The notes beneath the pieces were generated by a model. It worked only from the letters and a program-made list of their open reading frames with translations. It searched no databases and was not told the DNA's origin. 24,000 nucleotides of DNA from Sporomusaceae bacterium UBA7701 (GTDB lineage Bacteria > Bacillota > Negativicutes > Sporomusales > UBA7701): positions 80,152 through 104,151 of the forward strand of contig DLGF01000020.1 of NCBI GenBank assembly GCA_002482545.1, in the 5' to 3' direction. The first letter of the stretch is position 1; the number at the start of each line of letters is the position of its first letter. Positions 1-7,811 of the stretch are shown piece after piece. Both the position numbers and the translations under genes were made by a program.

Positions 1-131
1 AGGAACCGGGCGGGCCTTCTGCCGGCCCGGCGGCGAAAGAGCAGCAGGATCAAGTGCTCATCCGGGAATACGAGGAACTGAAGAAACAAATGGCGGAACT
101 TTACAGGCTGCTGGAAAGCCCCGGCCGCTGA
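1..131 (+). CDS. 3' end of a CDS starting upstream of the window (last 42 codons ...VLIREYEELKKQMAELYRLLESPGR*); product unknown
   Basis: Open frame from nt 3 to TGA at 129-131 with GC-rich third positions. Followed by the strong hairpin at 166-196. Absent from the ORF track because it has no start in the window. Confidence 0.4.
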   Translation, partial: EPGGPSAGPAAKEQQDQVLIREYEELKKQMAELYRLLESPGR

Positions 132-165
132 TATTCCGTCAAAAAAACACAAGCGCCCACAAGAG

Positions 166-196
166 AACCCCCTGCGGAAATTTTCCGCAGGGGGTT
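166..196. terminator. Bidirectional stem-loop between two convergent genes
   Basis: aaccccctgcgg (166-177) pairs perfectly with ccgcagggggtt (185-196) around an A/T loop. It lies between the + strand stop at 131 and the - strand stop at 200. A T7 run follows on the - strand (141-147). Confidence 0.6.
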
Positions 197-199
197 CGG

Positions 200-1591
200 C
201 TATCTGGCGCCGGGATTCATCCGTCCGGCAATGACGCGGGCGACATGGACGCCGCTGGCGCTGGCCTGCGAGAGGCCGCGGGTGATGCCCGCCCCGTCGC
301 CGACGGCGAACATGTTCGGGATCTCGGTTTCGAGTTCGTTGCTGAGCTTGAGCCGCGAGCTATAGAATTTGACTTCGACGCCATAGAGCAACGTGTCGTC
401 GTTGGCCATCCCCGGCGCGATCTTATCCAGCGCATACACCATCTCGATGATATTGTCGAGGTGCCGTTTCGGCAGCACCAGGCTGAGGTCGCCGGGGGTC
501 GCCTCCAGCGTCGGCTTGGTGAAGCTTTGCGACAGGCGGTGTTCGTTGGTCCGTCGCCCCTTCATCAGGTCGCCGAACCGCTGCACCAGCACGCCGCCGC
601 TCAGCATGTTGGAAAAGGACGCGATCCGCTTGCCGTACTGGTGCGGTTCGGTGAAAGGCTCGGTGAACCGGTTGGAGACCAGCAGGGCGAAGTTGGTGTT
701 GCGGCTGTGCAGGCTTTCATCCCGGTAGCTGTGGCCGTTTACGGTGATAATCCCGTCGGTGTTCTCCGTCACGACATAGCCCCCGGGATTCATGCAGAAG
801 GTGCGGACCGCGTCGCCGTACTGCTTGGTCCGGTAAATCAGCTTGGCTTCGTACACCTCGTCGGTAATGTCCTGGAAAACCTCGGCCGGGATTTCGACCC
901 GCACCCCGACGTCGACCTGGTTGTTGAACAGCGACAGCCCCAGCTCGCGGCACTGGTCGGAGAACCATTCCGAGCCGGCCCGGCCGGGGGCCGCGATCAG
1001 ATAGCGGCAGCGGACGGTTTCCTGCTCCGGGAGCTCAAGCGAAAAACCTTCCTCTTCCCGGGCGATCGAGGCGACGGCGGTATGAAACCGCATGGTGATT
1101 TTCTCACGGAGGTATTCATAGATACAGCCCAGGATTTTCAGATTATTTTCGGTGCCGAGGTGGCGGACCTTAGCGCTCAAGAGGTATAAACCGTGCTTGA
1201 TGGCCAGGCGGCCGACATGGCTGTTCGCGGTGGTGAAAAATTCCTGCGGAGCGCCGTATTTCAGGTTGATTTGATCAACGTATTCGATCAGGTCAAGGAC
1301 CGTTTGGTCAGGCAGATACTCATTCAGCCAGCCTCCGAACTGAGTAGTGAAATTATACTTTCCGTCCGAAAAGGCTCCTGCTCCCCCAAAGCCCCGCATG
1401 ATGCCGCAAGGCTTGCAGTGGATGCAGTTGGGAACCTTTTTTTCGGCGATCGGGCAGCGCCGGGCGAAAATGTCCGCGCCGGTTTCGATCATGATGATCC
1501 GCGCGCCGGGATTTCGCAGGGTGAGTTCGTAGGCGGCAAAAATACCGGCGGGACCGCCGCCGATGATGCCGATGTCGAAGGTATTGGACAT
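200..1591 (-). CDS. FAD-dependent oxidoreductase (uncharacterised FAD-dependent dehydrogenase, COG2509-like)
   Basis: 463-aa ORF. N-terminal Rossmann motif DIGIIGGGPAGIFAA, then GFGGAGAFSDGK and C-terminal FAVGDGAG. SD GAGGTG lies 7 nt upstream of the ATG. Confidence 0.85.
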   Translation of the reverse strand: MSNTFDIGIIGGGPAGIFAAYELTLRNPGARIIMIETGADIFARRCPIAEKKVPNCIHCKPCGIMRGFGGAGAFSDGKYNFTTQFGGWLNEYLPDQTVLDLIEYVDQINLKYGAPQEFFTTANSHVGRLAIKHGLYLLSAKVRHLGTENNLKILGCIYEYLREKITMRFHTAVASIAREEEGFSLELPEQETVRCRYLIAAPGRAGSEWFSDQCRELGLSLFNNQVDVGVRVEIPAEVFQDITDEVYEAKLIYRTKQYGDAVRTFCMNPGGYVVTENTDGIITVNGHSYRDESLHSRNTNFALLVSNRFTEPFTEPHQYGKRIASFSNMLSGGVLVQRFGDLMKGRRTNEHRLSQSFTKPTLEATPGDLSLVLPKRHLDNIIEMVYALDKIAPGMANDDTLLYGVEVKFYSSRLKLSNELETEIPNMFAVGDGAGITRGLSQASASGVHVARVIAGRMNPGAR

Positions 1592-1636
1592 GGAGGTTCA
1601 CCTCGTTTTCGTAGTTCGTTTACCAAACCGCCTGAT

Positions 1637-1665
1637 ATTATATAGTATCTTACCCCAAATGTACA
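1637..1665 (-). promoter_or_regulatory. Candidate sigma-70 promoter for the oxidoreductase gene
   Basis: On the - strand: TGTACA, 17 nt spacer, TATAAT, about 40 nt upstream of the start codon. Confidence 0.3.
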
Positions 1666-1688
1666 GCGGAAAATTGCCCGCAGCCAAA

Positions 1689-1716
1689 AACGGAGGAAGC
1701 GCTCGCTTCCTCCGTT
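1689..1716. other. Perfect 13+13 nt palindrome/hairpin at the left edge of the phage-derived block
   Basis: aacggaggaagcg-ct-cgcttcctccgtt, sitting between the host gene promoter region and the first phage gene. Confidence 0.4.
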
Positions 1717-1742
1717 CCATTTCGTACCTGGGAGGTGGTTCG

Positions 1743-2066
1743 ATGAACGCTGGGCAGGACAAACGCCGGCAGCCGGGAAAGGGAGCCGGTCCGGCTCCGC
1801 CGGGGCGGGCGGACGCGGAAGAGGCCGGAGGGCTTCCGGCTTCGGCCCGGAAATACCGGGAACTGGTCAAAGAGAACACCGTCAGCGCCATCCGCACGGT
1901 GCTCGAAATCATGGAAACCGGCAAACCACAGGAGCGGCTGAAAGCGGCGGAAATTATCCTCGACCGGGCGCACGGCAGGCCGGCCCAGCCGGTAGACGCC
2001 GAGGTGAGCGGGAAGGTCAAGGTCGACATCCTCCTGCCGCCCGGTATGGATGATCTCTTAGGATGA
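1743..2066 (+). CDS. Putative terminase small subunit-like phage protein
   Basis: SD GGAGGTGG precedes ATG 1743. Its stop overlaps the TerL start (ATGA at 2063-2066). The motif RLKAAEIILDRAHGRP resembles the RLKAAE..LDR.(W/Y)GKP motif I recall from small phage packaging proteins. The ORF-track start at 1563 is unlikely. Confidence 0.5.
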   Translation: MNAGQDKRRQPGKGAGPAPPGRADAEEAGGLPASARKYRELVKENTVSAIRTVLEIMETGKPQERLKAAEIILDRAHGRPAQPVDAEVSGKVKVDILLPPGMDDLLG

Positions 2067-2931
2067 AGCTGGATCTGTCGCGGATCAACCCCAAGCAGGT
2101 CGAGTTTTTCCGGGCCAGGGCCCGGCACGTCGCCTACGGCGGGGCCCGGGGCGGGGGAAAGTCCTGGGCCATGCGGATGAAGTTCACGGCCCTGGCGATC
2201 CAGTATCCCGGCCTCAAACTGCTGCTCCTCCGGCGCACCCTGCCGGAACTCAGGGAGAATCACCTGCTGCCCTTGCTCGCCCTCCTGACCGGGTTCGCCA
2301 AATACAAGGGCGAGGAGCGGGCCTTCCTGTTCCCCAACGGCAGCCGGCTCAAACTGGGCTACTGCGATAACGAGAAGGACGTATTCCAGTATCAGGGGCA
2401 GGAATACGACGTGGTGGGGTTTGAGGAAGCCACCCTGTTCACCGAAGCGTCTACCGTGAACTTTACGGCTGCTGCGGCCCGGATGCCGGCGCCAGGGAAA
2501 CGGCCACCGAGGTGGCCAAGCGGGTGCGGGTCCTGGAACGGGGCGAGGAGGCGACGGGCTTTGCCGACCCGTCCATCTGGGCGCGGACCGGCCACGACGG
2601 CCCGACCATCGCCGAAGAGTTCGCCCTGCAGGGGGTGGGCTGGCAAAAAGCCGACAACGACCGGCTTCAAGGCAAAATGCAGGTGCATCTCCGGCTGAAG
2701 GAAGGAAAAATCAAAATCTTCGAAACCTGCCGGCACCTGATCCGCACCTTGCCGCCCCTGGTCTACGACCGGCACCGGCCGGAAGACGTGGATACGACCC
2801 AGGAAGACCACGCCTATGATGCGCTCAGGTACGAGCTGATGTCCCGGCCCTGGGCGCCCGAGGGAACCAAGAAACGGCCCTATGACGAGTGGGAAGAAGA
2901 CGAAGACCGCAAAACTTGGATGGGGTCCTGA
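2063..2931 (+). pseudogene. Terminase large subunit, internally deleted and frameshifted
   Basis: Frame A (2063 to ~2447) has Walker A GGARGGGKS and Walker B-like YDVVGFEEA. A different frame, open from 2425, continues VYRELY...FADPSIWARTG...QEDHAYDALRYELM, the C-terminal RNaseH-type nuclease motifs. The segment normally lying between Walker B and VYRELY is missing. Confidence 0.8.
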
Positions 2932-2943
2932 GGGAGTGAGAAG

Positions 2944-4755
2944 ATGGACGAAGCTCAAAATACCGCCGGCGCTGCCGAAAAACTCCGCAGCTATTTCAGG
3001 CAGGCGGTCGAACACCAGAAAAAATGGCGGGAGAAGGCCCGGGAAGACTACGGGTTCTACACCGGCGACCAGTGGAACAGCGCCGACCTCGGCGCGCTGA
3101 AGGAGCAGCAGCGGCCCGCCATAACCATCAACAAAATCAAGCCGCTGATTCAACTGCTGTCCGGCTGGCAGCGGCTTAACCGCTACGAGCCGGATTTTCT
3201 CCCCCGCACCGCCGGCGACCTGGAGCTCTGCAAGGTCCGCAAGGGCGTGACCAAGTTCGTTTTCGACCGCAACGACTATGAATATAAGGAAAGCCGGATC
3301 TTTTTCGACGGCATCGTCTGCGGCCGGGGGTGGCTGTCCGCCGAGTACGAATGGAACTACGAGTCGCTAGAAGGCGACATCGTGCTCCGGCGGCTGTCCC
3401 CCTTCGATATGTACGTCGACCCGGAGGCCAGGGAGCCGGACCTCAGCGACGCGGAATACGTCTGCCGGGCCAAATGGGTGACCAAGGAAAAGATCAAAGA
3501 CGTATATCCCGAGCATCAGGACGCCGTCGAGGCGTTCGCCAGGAAATACGCCGAGGACGAGCCGCCGGACAAAGCCGGCGCCGAAAGCCTGTGGTATTCG
3601 CGGGAGACCAAAAAATGCCGCCTGGTGGAGATCTGGTACAAGGAGCATTACGCCAAGACCCTTTATATCCTGCCCGACGGCCGCGCGGCGGCGGACGGGC
3701 AGGCCGAAGCCGCCCTCCTCCTTGCAGGCGCGCGGCAAATCCGGCTGCCGCTCACCAAAATGAAATTCGCCACGCTGCTGGGCGACCTCATCCTGGAACA
3801 AGGCGACAGCCCCTACCGCCACAACGATTTTCCCTTTGTGCCCTTTATCGCGCAATACACCGGCGAATGCGAACCGGAAAACGATATCCAGGGCATCATC
3901 CGCAGCCTCAAGGACCCCCAGCGGGAGATCAACAAGCGGCGCAGCCAGTCGCTGCACATCCTGAACACCACCGCCAACCCCATCTACTGGGTCCGGGAAG
4001 GCGCCCTGCCGCCCGGCGATTTCCAGCGGTTCAAGGACAAAGGGGCGATTGCCGGCGGCGTGTTCAAATTCGCCACGGAAAAGCCCGTCCGGGAGGAAGC
4101 CGCCCAATTCCCGGCGGCCCTGGCCCGGATGGAAGACGTGTCCACCGGCGACCTGCGGCAGATTTCGGGCATCAACCCGGAAATGCTCGGCGAAGCCATG
4201 CCCAGCGGCACGAGCGGCAAAGCCATCGAGCTTCGCCAGCGCCAGTCGGTGACCCAGATCGCGCCGCTCTTCGACAATCTCCGGCTGAGCAAGAAACGGC
4301 TGCTGTATCTTCTCTGGGGGGAACCGGGCAAGCCCGGCCTCATCCCCCAGTACTACAGCGAAGCCAAGGTCATCCGCATCACCGGCGACGACGGCAAGCC
4401 GGCCTTCCTGGCCGTCAACCAGCCGGAGGTCGACCCCGCCGGCCGGCCGACCGGGCGCATCCTCAACGACCTGTCGGCCGGGGAATTCGACATCGTCGTC
4501 GCCGACGCCCCGTCGACGCCGACCCAGCGCATTGCCCAGTACTACGCCCTGCTCGAAGCCGTCCAGGCCGGGGTAGCGATACCGCCGGACATCATCCTTG
4601 AAGCCTCCGACCTGCCGCAGAAGGAGGAGATCCGGCAACGGCTGCTGGCCGAACAACAAGCGGCCCTGCAATCAGCGCGGCAGCCGCAGCCGGGCCCCGT
4701 CAGGCGGGCCGGACCGCCGGGGACCTTCCCGGACGCCTCCGCGCCCCTGCTCTAG
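2944..4755 (+). CDS. Phage portal protein
   Basis: 603-aa intact ORF immediately after the terminase. The N-terminal signature YGFYTGDQW...LKEQQRPAITINKIKPLI is portal-like (podovirus/P22-type as I recall it). GC3-rich coding frame. Confidence 0.8.
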   Translation: MDEAQNTAGAAEKLRSYFRQAVEHQKKWREKAREDYGFYTGDQWNSADLGALKEQQRPAITINKIKPLIQLLSGWQRLNRYEPDFLPRTAGDLELCKVRKGVTKFVFDRNDYEYKESRIFFDGIVCGRGWLSAEYEWNYESLEGDIVLRRLSPFDMYVDPEAREPDLSDAEYVCRAKWVTKEKIKDVYPEHQDAVEAFARKYAEDEPPDKAGAESLWYSRETKKCRLVEIWYKEHYAKTLYILPDGRAAADGQAEAALLLAGARQIRLPLTKMKFATLLGDLILEQGDSPYRHNDFPFVPFIAQYTGECEPENDIQGIIRSLKDPQREINKRRSQSLHILNTTANPIYWVREGALPPGDFQRFKDKGAIAGGVFKFATEKPVREEAAQFPAALARMEDVSTGDLRQISGINPEMLGEAMPSGTSGKAIELRQRQSVTQIAPLFDNLRLSKKRLLYLLWGEPGKPGLIPQYYSEAKVIRITGDDGKPAFLAVNQPEVDPAGRPTGRILNDLSAGEFDIVVADAPSTPTQRIAQYYALLEAVQAGVAIPPDIILEASDLPQKEEIRQRLLAEQQAALQSARQPQPGPVRRAGPPGTFPDASAPLL

Positions 4756-4766
4756 GAGGCGACGGC

Positions 4767-5011
4767 ATGGACCTGTCGGCGGAATGGTTCTATATGACCC
4801 GGCTAAGAAAAAAGCCGCCCCGCAAAAGGAAGAAGCGGAAGAGGCGGGAAAAGCAGCAGGCGCCGGACTGCAGGTTGAAGTGAAAGGGAGGGCAAGTATG
4901 GGATATCGCGAGGAAGAATATCAAGACCGCCGCAATGCGGGCTGGGCTCCCTCACCGGAAGGGGGGGATACCGGGGCTGGTGAAAACCTTGCTGGCGGGC
5001 TCCCGGCCTGA
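4767..5011 (+). pseudogene. Probable deletion scar/remnant of the scaffold-capsid region
   Basis: A consensus SD AGGAGG lies 7 nt before ATG 4767, but that frame runs only 38 codons. A second frame (ATG 4785 to stop 5011) reads MVLYDPAKKKAAPQKEEAEEAGKAAG... Base composition changes abruptly near 5030. Confidence 0.3.
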
Positions 5012-5096
5012 GCGCGGGGAGGAAGAGAATATTTGGTGGAATTTATTCAGTTCTCAGGGGGACGCCCATAGTGGAGCCCGTCGCGCCGCCGAGCCT

Positions 5097-5696
5097 ATGT
5101 GGCTGCTGAATTTGGCTGAAAGCAGGCCTGCAATCACCGGCATCCGGGACGGTGCGGACGACTATTATCGGAGATTCGGAGGCAGGATAGAACAAGCTGA
5201 AAATAGGGATCAAAAAAGAGAAAGCATGGGAGATGACTCCAACAATAGTATCAATGAAATGGCTCAGGGAGACAACAATTTTGGCCGGAGGGTTCTGGAA
5301 GGGGGAGAGCATCAGCTAGGTTTACCCTATGTATTGGGAGGCGACGGGGTAAATTCAACCGATTGCGGTAAATTTACCCTTGATAATTATAAGAAGGCAG
5401 GGGTGGATCTCGGAACTCGACTAGCAGATGAACAACATAACTATTGCCAAGCCAACGGAGACCTTTTTATGGACATTACCAAAGCAAAACCTGGCGATCT
5501 TGTGTTTTTCAAAAACACATATGGAGACTGGGAGCCCGGAACGATTACTCACGTTGGAATTTACGCAGGTGATGGAAAGATGCTGCACGCTGGAAGCAGT
5601 AAAGGGGTAAGCTACACGGACATAACGAATGATTATTGGAAGCCTCTTCTGGCGGGCTTTGGCAGAGTGCGCCCAGCAAGTTCAAACAGTCAGTGA
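5097..5696 (+). CDS. NlpC/P60-family peptidoglycan endopeptidase (start uncertain; the ORF is open from 4935, other candidate start 5226)
   Basis: Catalytic triad context NSTDCGKF (Cys), ITHVGIYAGDG (His), MLHAGS. Composition is lower-GC than the flanks. No clear SD at any candidate start, which is consistent with a 5'-truncated gene. Confidence 0.75.
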   Translation: MWLLNLAESRPAITGIRDGADDYYRRFGGRIEQAENRDQKRESMGDDSNNSINEMAQGDNNFGRRVLEGGEHQLGLPYVLGGDGVNSTDCGKFTLDNYKKAGVDLGTRLADEQHNYCQANGDLFMDITKAKPGDLVFFKNTYGDWEPGTITHVGIYAGDGKMLHAGSSKGVSYTDITNDYWKPLLAGFGRVRPASSNSQ

Positions 5697-5791
5697 TACA
5701 AATGCACTAAACTGTAATATAAAACCATGGAACGTTTTTCCAAATAATGCTATAATTTGTAGCAACAACACAGTGAGCGGGAGAGAGGAAT

Positions 5792-6304
5792 ATGAAGAAG
5801 CAAAATTCGGTAGTCTGGATATTCGGAATAAAGCGATTGGCTGTTACCTGGATTTTGACTGCTGCTATTTGCGCGCTGACGCTTCCGGCCGCTGCCGGGG
5901 GCAACGGTCTCGGACCGGAGGATTTCACGCTTGTCCAGGAGGCGACGGGGCGGGTGATAACGGTCGGCGCGCCGTTCGACGGAGCGGCCGACGGCCTCCG
6001 GATCAACCGCCAGGGAGACCGGGTAGTCGACCTGACCGTGTCCGCCGCCGGCTATTCGACCGGCAGGGGAATAAAGACCGGCGATTCCCTTTCCCGGGTG
6101 ACCGGAGTATACGGCGAGCCCGCCAGGACGGGCGAGAGCAAAACGTACAAATGGATCGGCTACAGGTATGAGGACACCTCCAGCCCGCTCAAAATTTTCT
6201 TCTATCTGGACAAGGAAACGGATTTGGTTATAGCCGTCAACATCAACTTATATCCCGTGGGAGTGCCGCCGCTCCTGAGAGGCGGGGACAACGGCGGATT
6301 GTAA
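5792..6304 (+). CDS. Secreted hypothetical protein (signal peptide)
   Basis: SD GAGAGG before the ATG. N-terminal hydrophobic leader ...WILTAAICALTLPAAAGG. GC3-rich frame, followed by a terminator. Confidence 0.7.
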   Translation: MKKQNSVVWIFGIKRLAVTWILTAAICALTLPAAAGGNGLGPEDFTLVQEATGRVITVGAPFDGAADGLRINRQGDRVVDLTVSAAGYSTGRGIKTGDSLSRVTGVYGEPARTGESKTYKWIGYRYEDTSSPLKIFFYLDKETDLVIAVNINLYPVGVPPLLRGGDNGGL

Positions 6305-6340
6305 CGGTTGGCTTGCGTTAACAAAATAAGGAGCCCCAAA

Positions 6341-6370
6341 GCGACTGAAAATTTTTTCAGCCGCTTTTTT
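6341..6370 (+). terminator. Rho-independent terminator
   Basis: gcgactgaaaa / ttttcagccgc stem followed by TTTTTT (6365-6370). Confidence 0.7.
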
Positions 6371-6539
6371 GTTGGCCGTTACCACCACGGCCAGCTTCGC
6401 GCACCGCGATTTTTTGCCGTGGGGCAGGCCAAAGCCGGCTCGGGCTTCGCGTCAGCCTGACGTTAACTGCACGAAAACCCCATTTCGCGGACGACACCGC
6501 GCAACAACGAAAGCCCAACAAGCCCGTTAAAAGGCATGA

Positions 6540-7045
6540 TTGGCTATAATACCGAAATTGCCGTTATCGCACGGTGGAATGGCAGCGCATGGCAGCGCGT
6601 ATTCGGGGGATTTTCGCGACAAGATTGATATGTGGTCTGGCTCTGTTGCTGATATTCCTACAGGCTGGGTACTGGTAGATGGCTACAGCGTACGCACCCC
6701 GAAGGCGGCAATTATACCCCTCCTGACCTCCGAACAGGTTTATTGTCGGCGCTGGGCAGGATGATGGGACACATACGCCTGGAACAAATGGCATAGGTAC
6801 GGGGTATTATGCTCCGGGAGCTACAGGCGGCGAAGATAAGCATAGTTTAATCGGAAACGAGAACGGTCCTCATGCACATGGTGTAGGCGTAGACCTTCCA
6901 GGGTCTGCTGGACCCAATACTAATTGTTTTGCAAGCAACAAAGGTATAAGTGTTCAAGGTTATGTATCCACAAATTCTTCTGGTAGCGGCATAGCCCACA
7001 AAATAGACCTCTTACTATGCGCTGTGTTTCTTGTATAAATTATAA
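6540..7045 (+). pseudogene. Tail-fibre C-terminal tip (tail-collar-like), multiply frameshifted
   Basis: Three frames each carry a piece of one domain. Frame 1 (6540-6764): IDMWSGSVADIPTGWVLVDG. Frame 2 (6727-7038): NRFIVGAGQDDG...GGEDKHSLIGNENGPHAHG. Frame 3 (ending 7045): SYYALCFLYKL*. Together they match the I.mwsG..IP.GW..CDG...PDLR.RF.VGAG...H.H...PYYAL.FI.K pattern of phage fibre tips. Confidence 0.6.
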
Positions 7046-7741
7046 ACCTAAATAAAAATTCGTTTGTAAGTCTGCTTTGCGCGGAAACTGTAAAAATTCA
7101 GAATCATAGTTTCGCGTTTTTTTAAGTAGTAAAAACATCCCCCAAGCTGCCGAAGGAAAGACTTGGGCAAGGGGCCTTGCTATTAATGAAGGGAATGGAT
7201 AAAAGTTGCTGCCTCGGCGGCTCATTAATTCATAGCCGCCAGGAAAGCAAGAGTTAAGAAATTTTATAGTATCCTCCAAAGTATAGCCTCTAATATGGGC
7301 TGAGTTTATTTGTATTGAAGTTGGTTGTTGTCCTAATAGTAATAAAATACGATTATGCAAAGAAGCAAGATTTGGGACGCCAATAATCAGTTTCCCTCCT
7401 ATAGGCAACATTCGGGATATTTGATGAAAAATCCAAAAAAGTTCTTTAGTGTGTTCAAGAATTTGATTGGCAATTATAACATCGATAGATGAATCCGCAA
7501 ACGGATAAATATCGTTCTCAATGTTGATCTCTTCCACGCATATACTTTTGTTTTTTAAAACCTGAGCCGATGGCCCATAACACTCTATCGCAGATATAGT
7601 CGATGTTGGGTTTATCTCTCTGGCGATGTCTAAGTCGGCTCCGGAGCCGGCTCCAATATCAAGTACTGACCTATAAGGCATAGATTTATATAAATAATCT
7701 TTAATAATATGGCGCCCATAATTTAATTCACGATCTATCAT
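7040..7741 (-). CDS. Class I SAM-dependent methyltransferase (type 11 / small-molecule or glycan type, not an obvious DNA MTase)
   Basis: Motif I VLDIGAGSGADL, then VIIANQILEH and GGKLIIGVPN. SD AAGGAG lies 7 nt upstream of ATG 7741; the ORF-track start at 7783 lacks an SD. Strikingly AT-rich compared with the surrounding GC-rich genes, and on the opposite strand to them. Confidence 0.85.
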   Translation of the reverse strand: MIDRELNYGRHIIKDYLYKSMPYRSVLDIGAGSGADLDIAREINPTSTISAIECYGPSAQVLKNKSICVEEINIENDIYPFADSSIDVIIANQILEHTKELFWIFHQISRMLPIGGKLIIGVPNLASLHNRILLLLGQQPTSIQINSAHIRGYTLEDTIKFLNSCFPGGYELMSRRGSNFYPFPSLIARPLAQVFPSAAWGMFLLLKKTRNYDSEFLQFPRKADLQTNFYLGL

Positions 7742-7782
7742 TATATATCTCCTTAGTTGGTATAAATAGTTGGTATAAATCA

Positions 7783-7791
7783 ATTATACCA
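7783..7791 (-). promoter_or_regulatory. Extended -10 promoter (TGGTATAAT) for the methyltransferase
   Basis: The - strand reads tttttTGGTATAATtg about 40 nt upstream of ATG 7741. The 5' UTR contains a 13-nt tandem direct repeat, agttggtataaat x2 on the + strand at ~7754-7779. Confidence 0.55.
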
Positions 7792-7811
7792 AAAAAAGGG
7801 CAGGTGAGACC

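Noticed and set aside
245-1645. + strand ORFs (245-1189, 1193-1645) opposite the oxidoreductase gene.
   Set aside because: Antisense shadow ORFs with low-complexity Arg/Ala/Gly-rich products. The - strand frame carries clear FAD-binding motifs.
1563-1742. The upstream extension of the small-terminase-like ORF (ORF-track start at 1563).
   Set aside because: The extension would overlap the divergent host gene start and its promoter region and run through the 1689-1716 palindrome. ATG 1743 has a strong SD.
3330-4671. Two very long ORFs inside the portal gene (3330-4601 +, 423 aa; 3367-4671 -, 434 aa).
   Set aside because: Arg/Pro/Gly-rich translations typical of off-frame and antisense readings of GC-rich coding DNA. 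The portal frame has the sensible composition and context.
6370-6540. A non-coding stretch with small hairpins (ggccgt...acggcc, cgcg...cgcg plus a T-run), checked for tRNA/att-like features.
   Set aside because: No cloverleaf-compatible structure or conserved tRNA boxes are visible, and no matching repeat occurs elsewhere in the window. It is left unassigned.
7040-7741. The methyltransferase considered as part of a restriction-modification or other DNA-modification defence system.
   Set aside because: No (D/N/S)PP(Y/F) or cytosine-MTase motifs are visible, there is no adjacent nuclease/specificity gene, and the motifs look like small-molecule/glycan MTases. Not fully excluded without a profile search.
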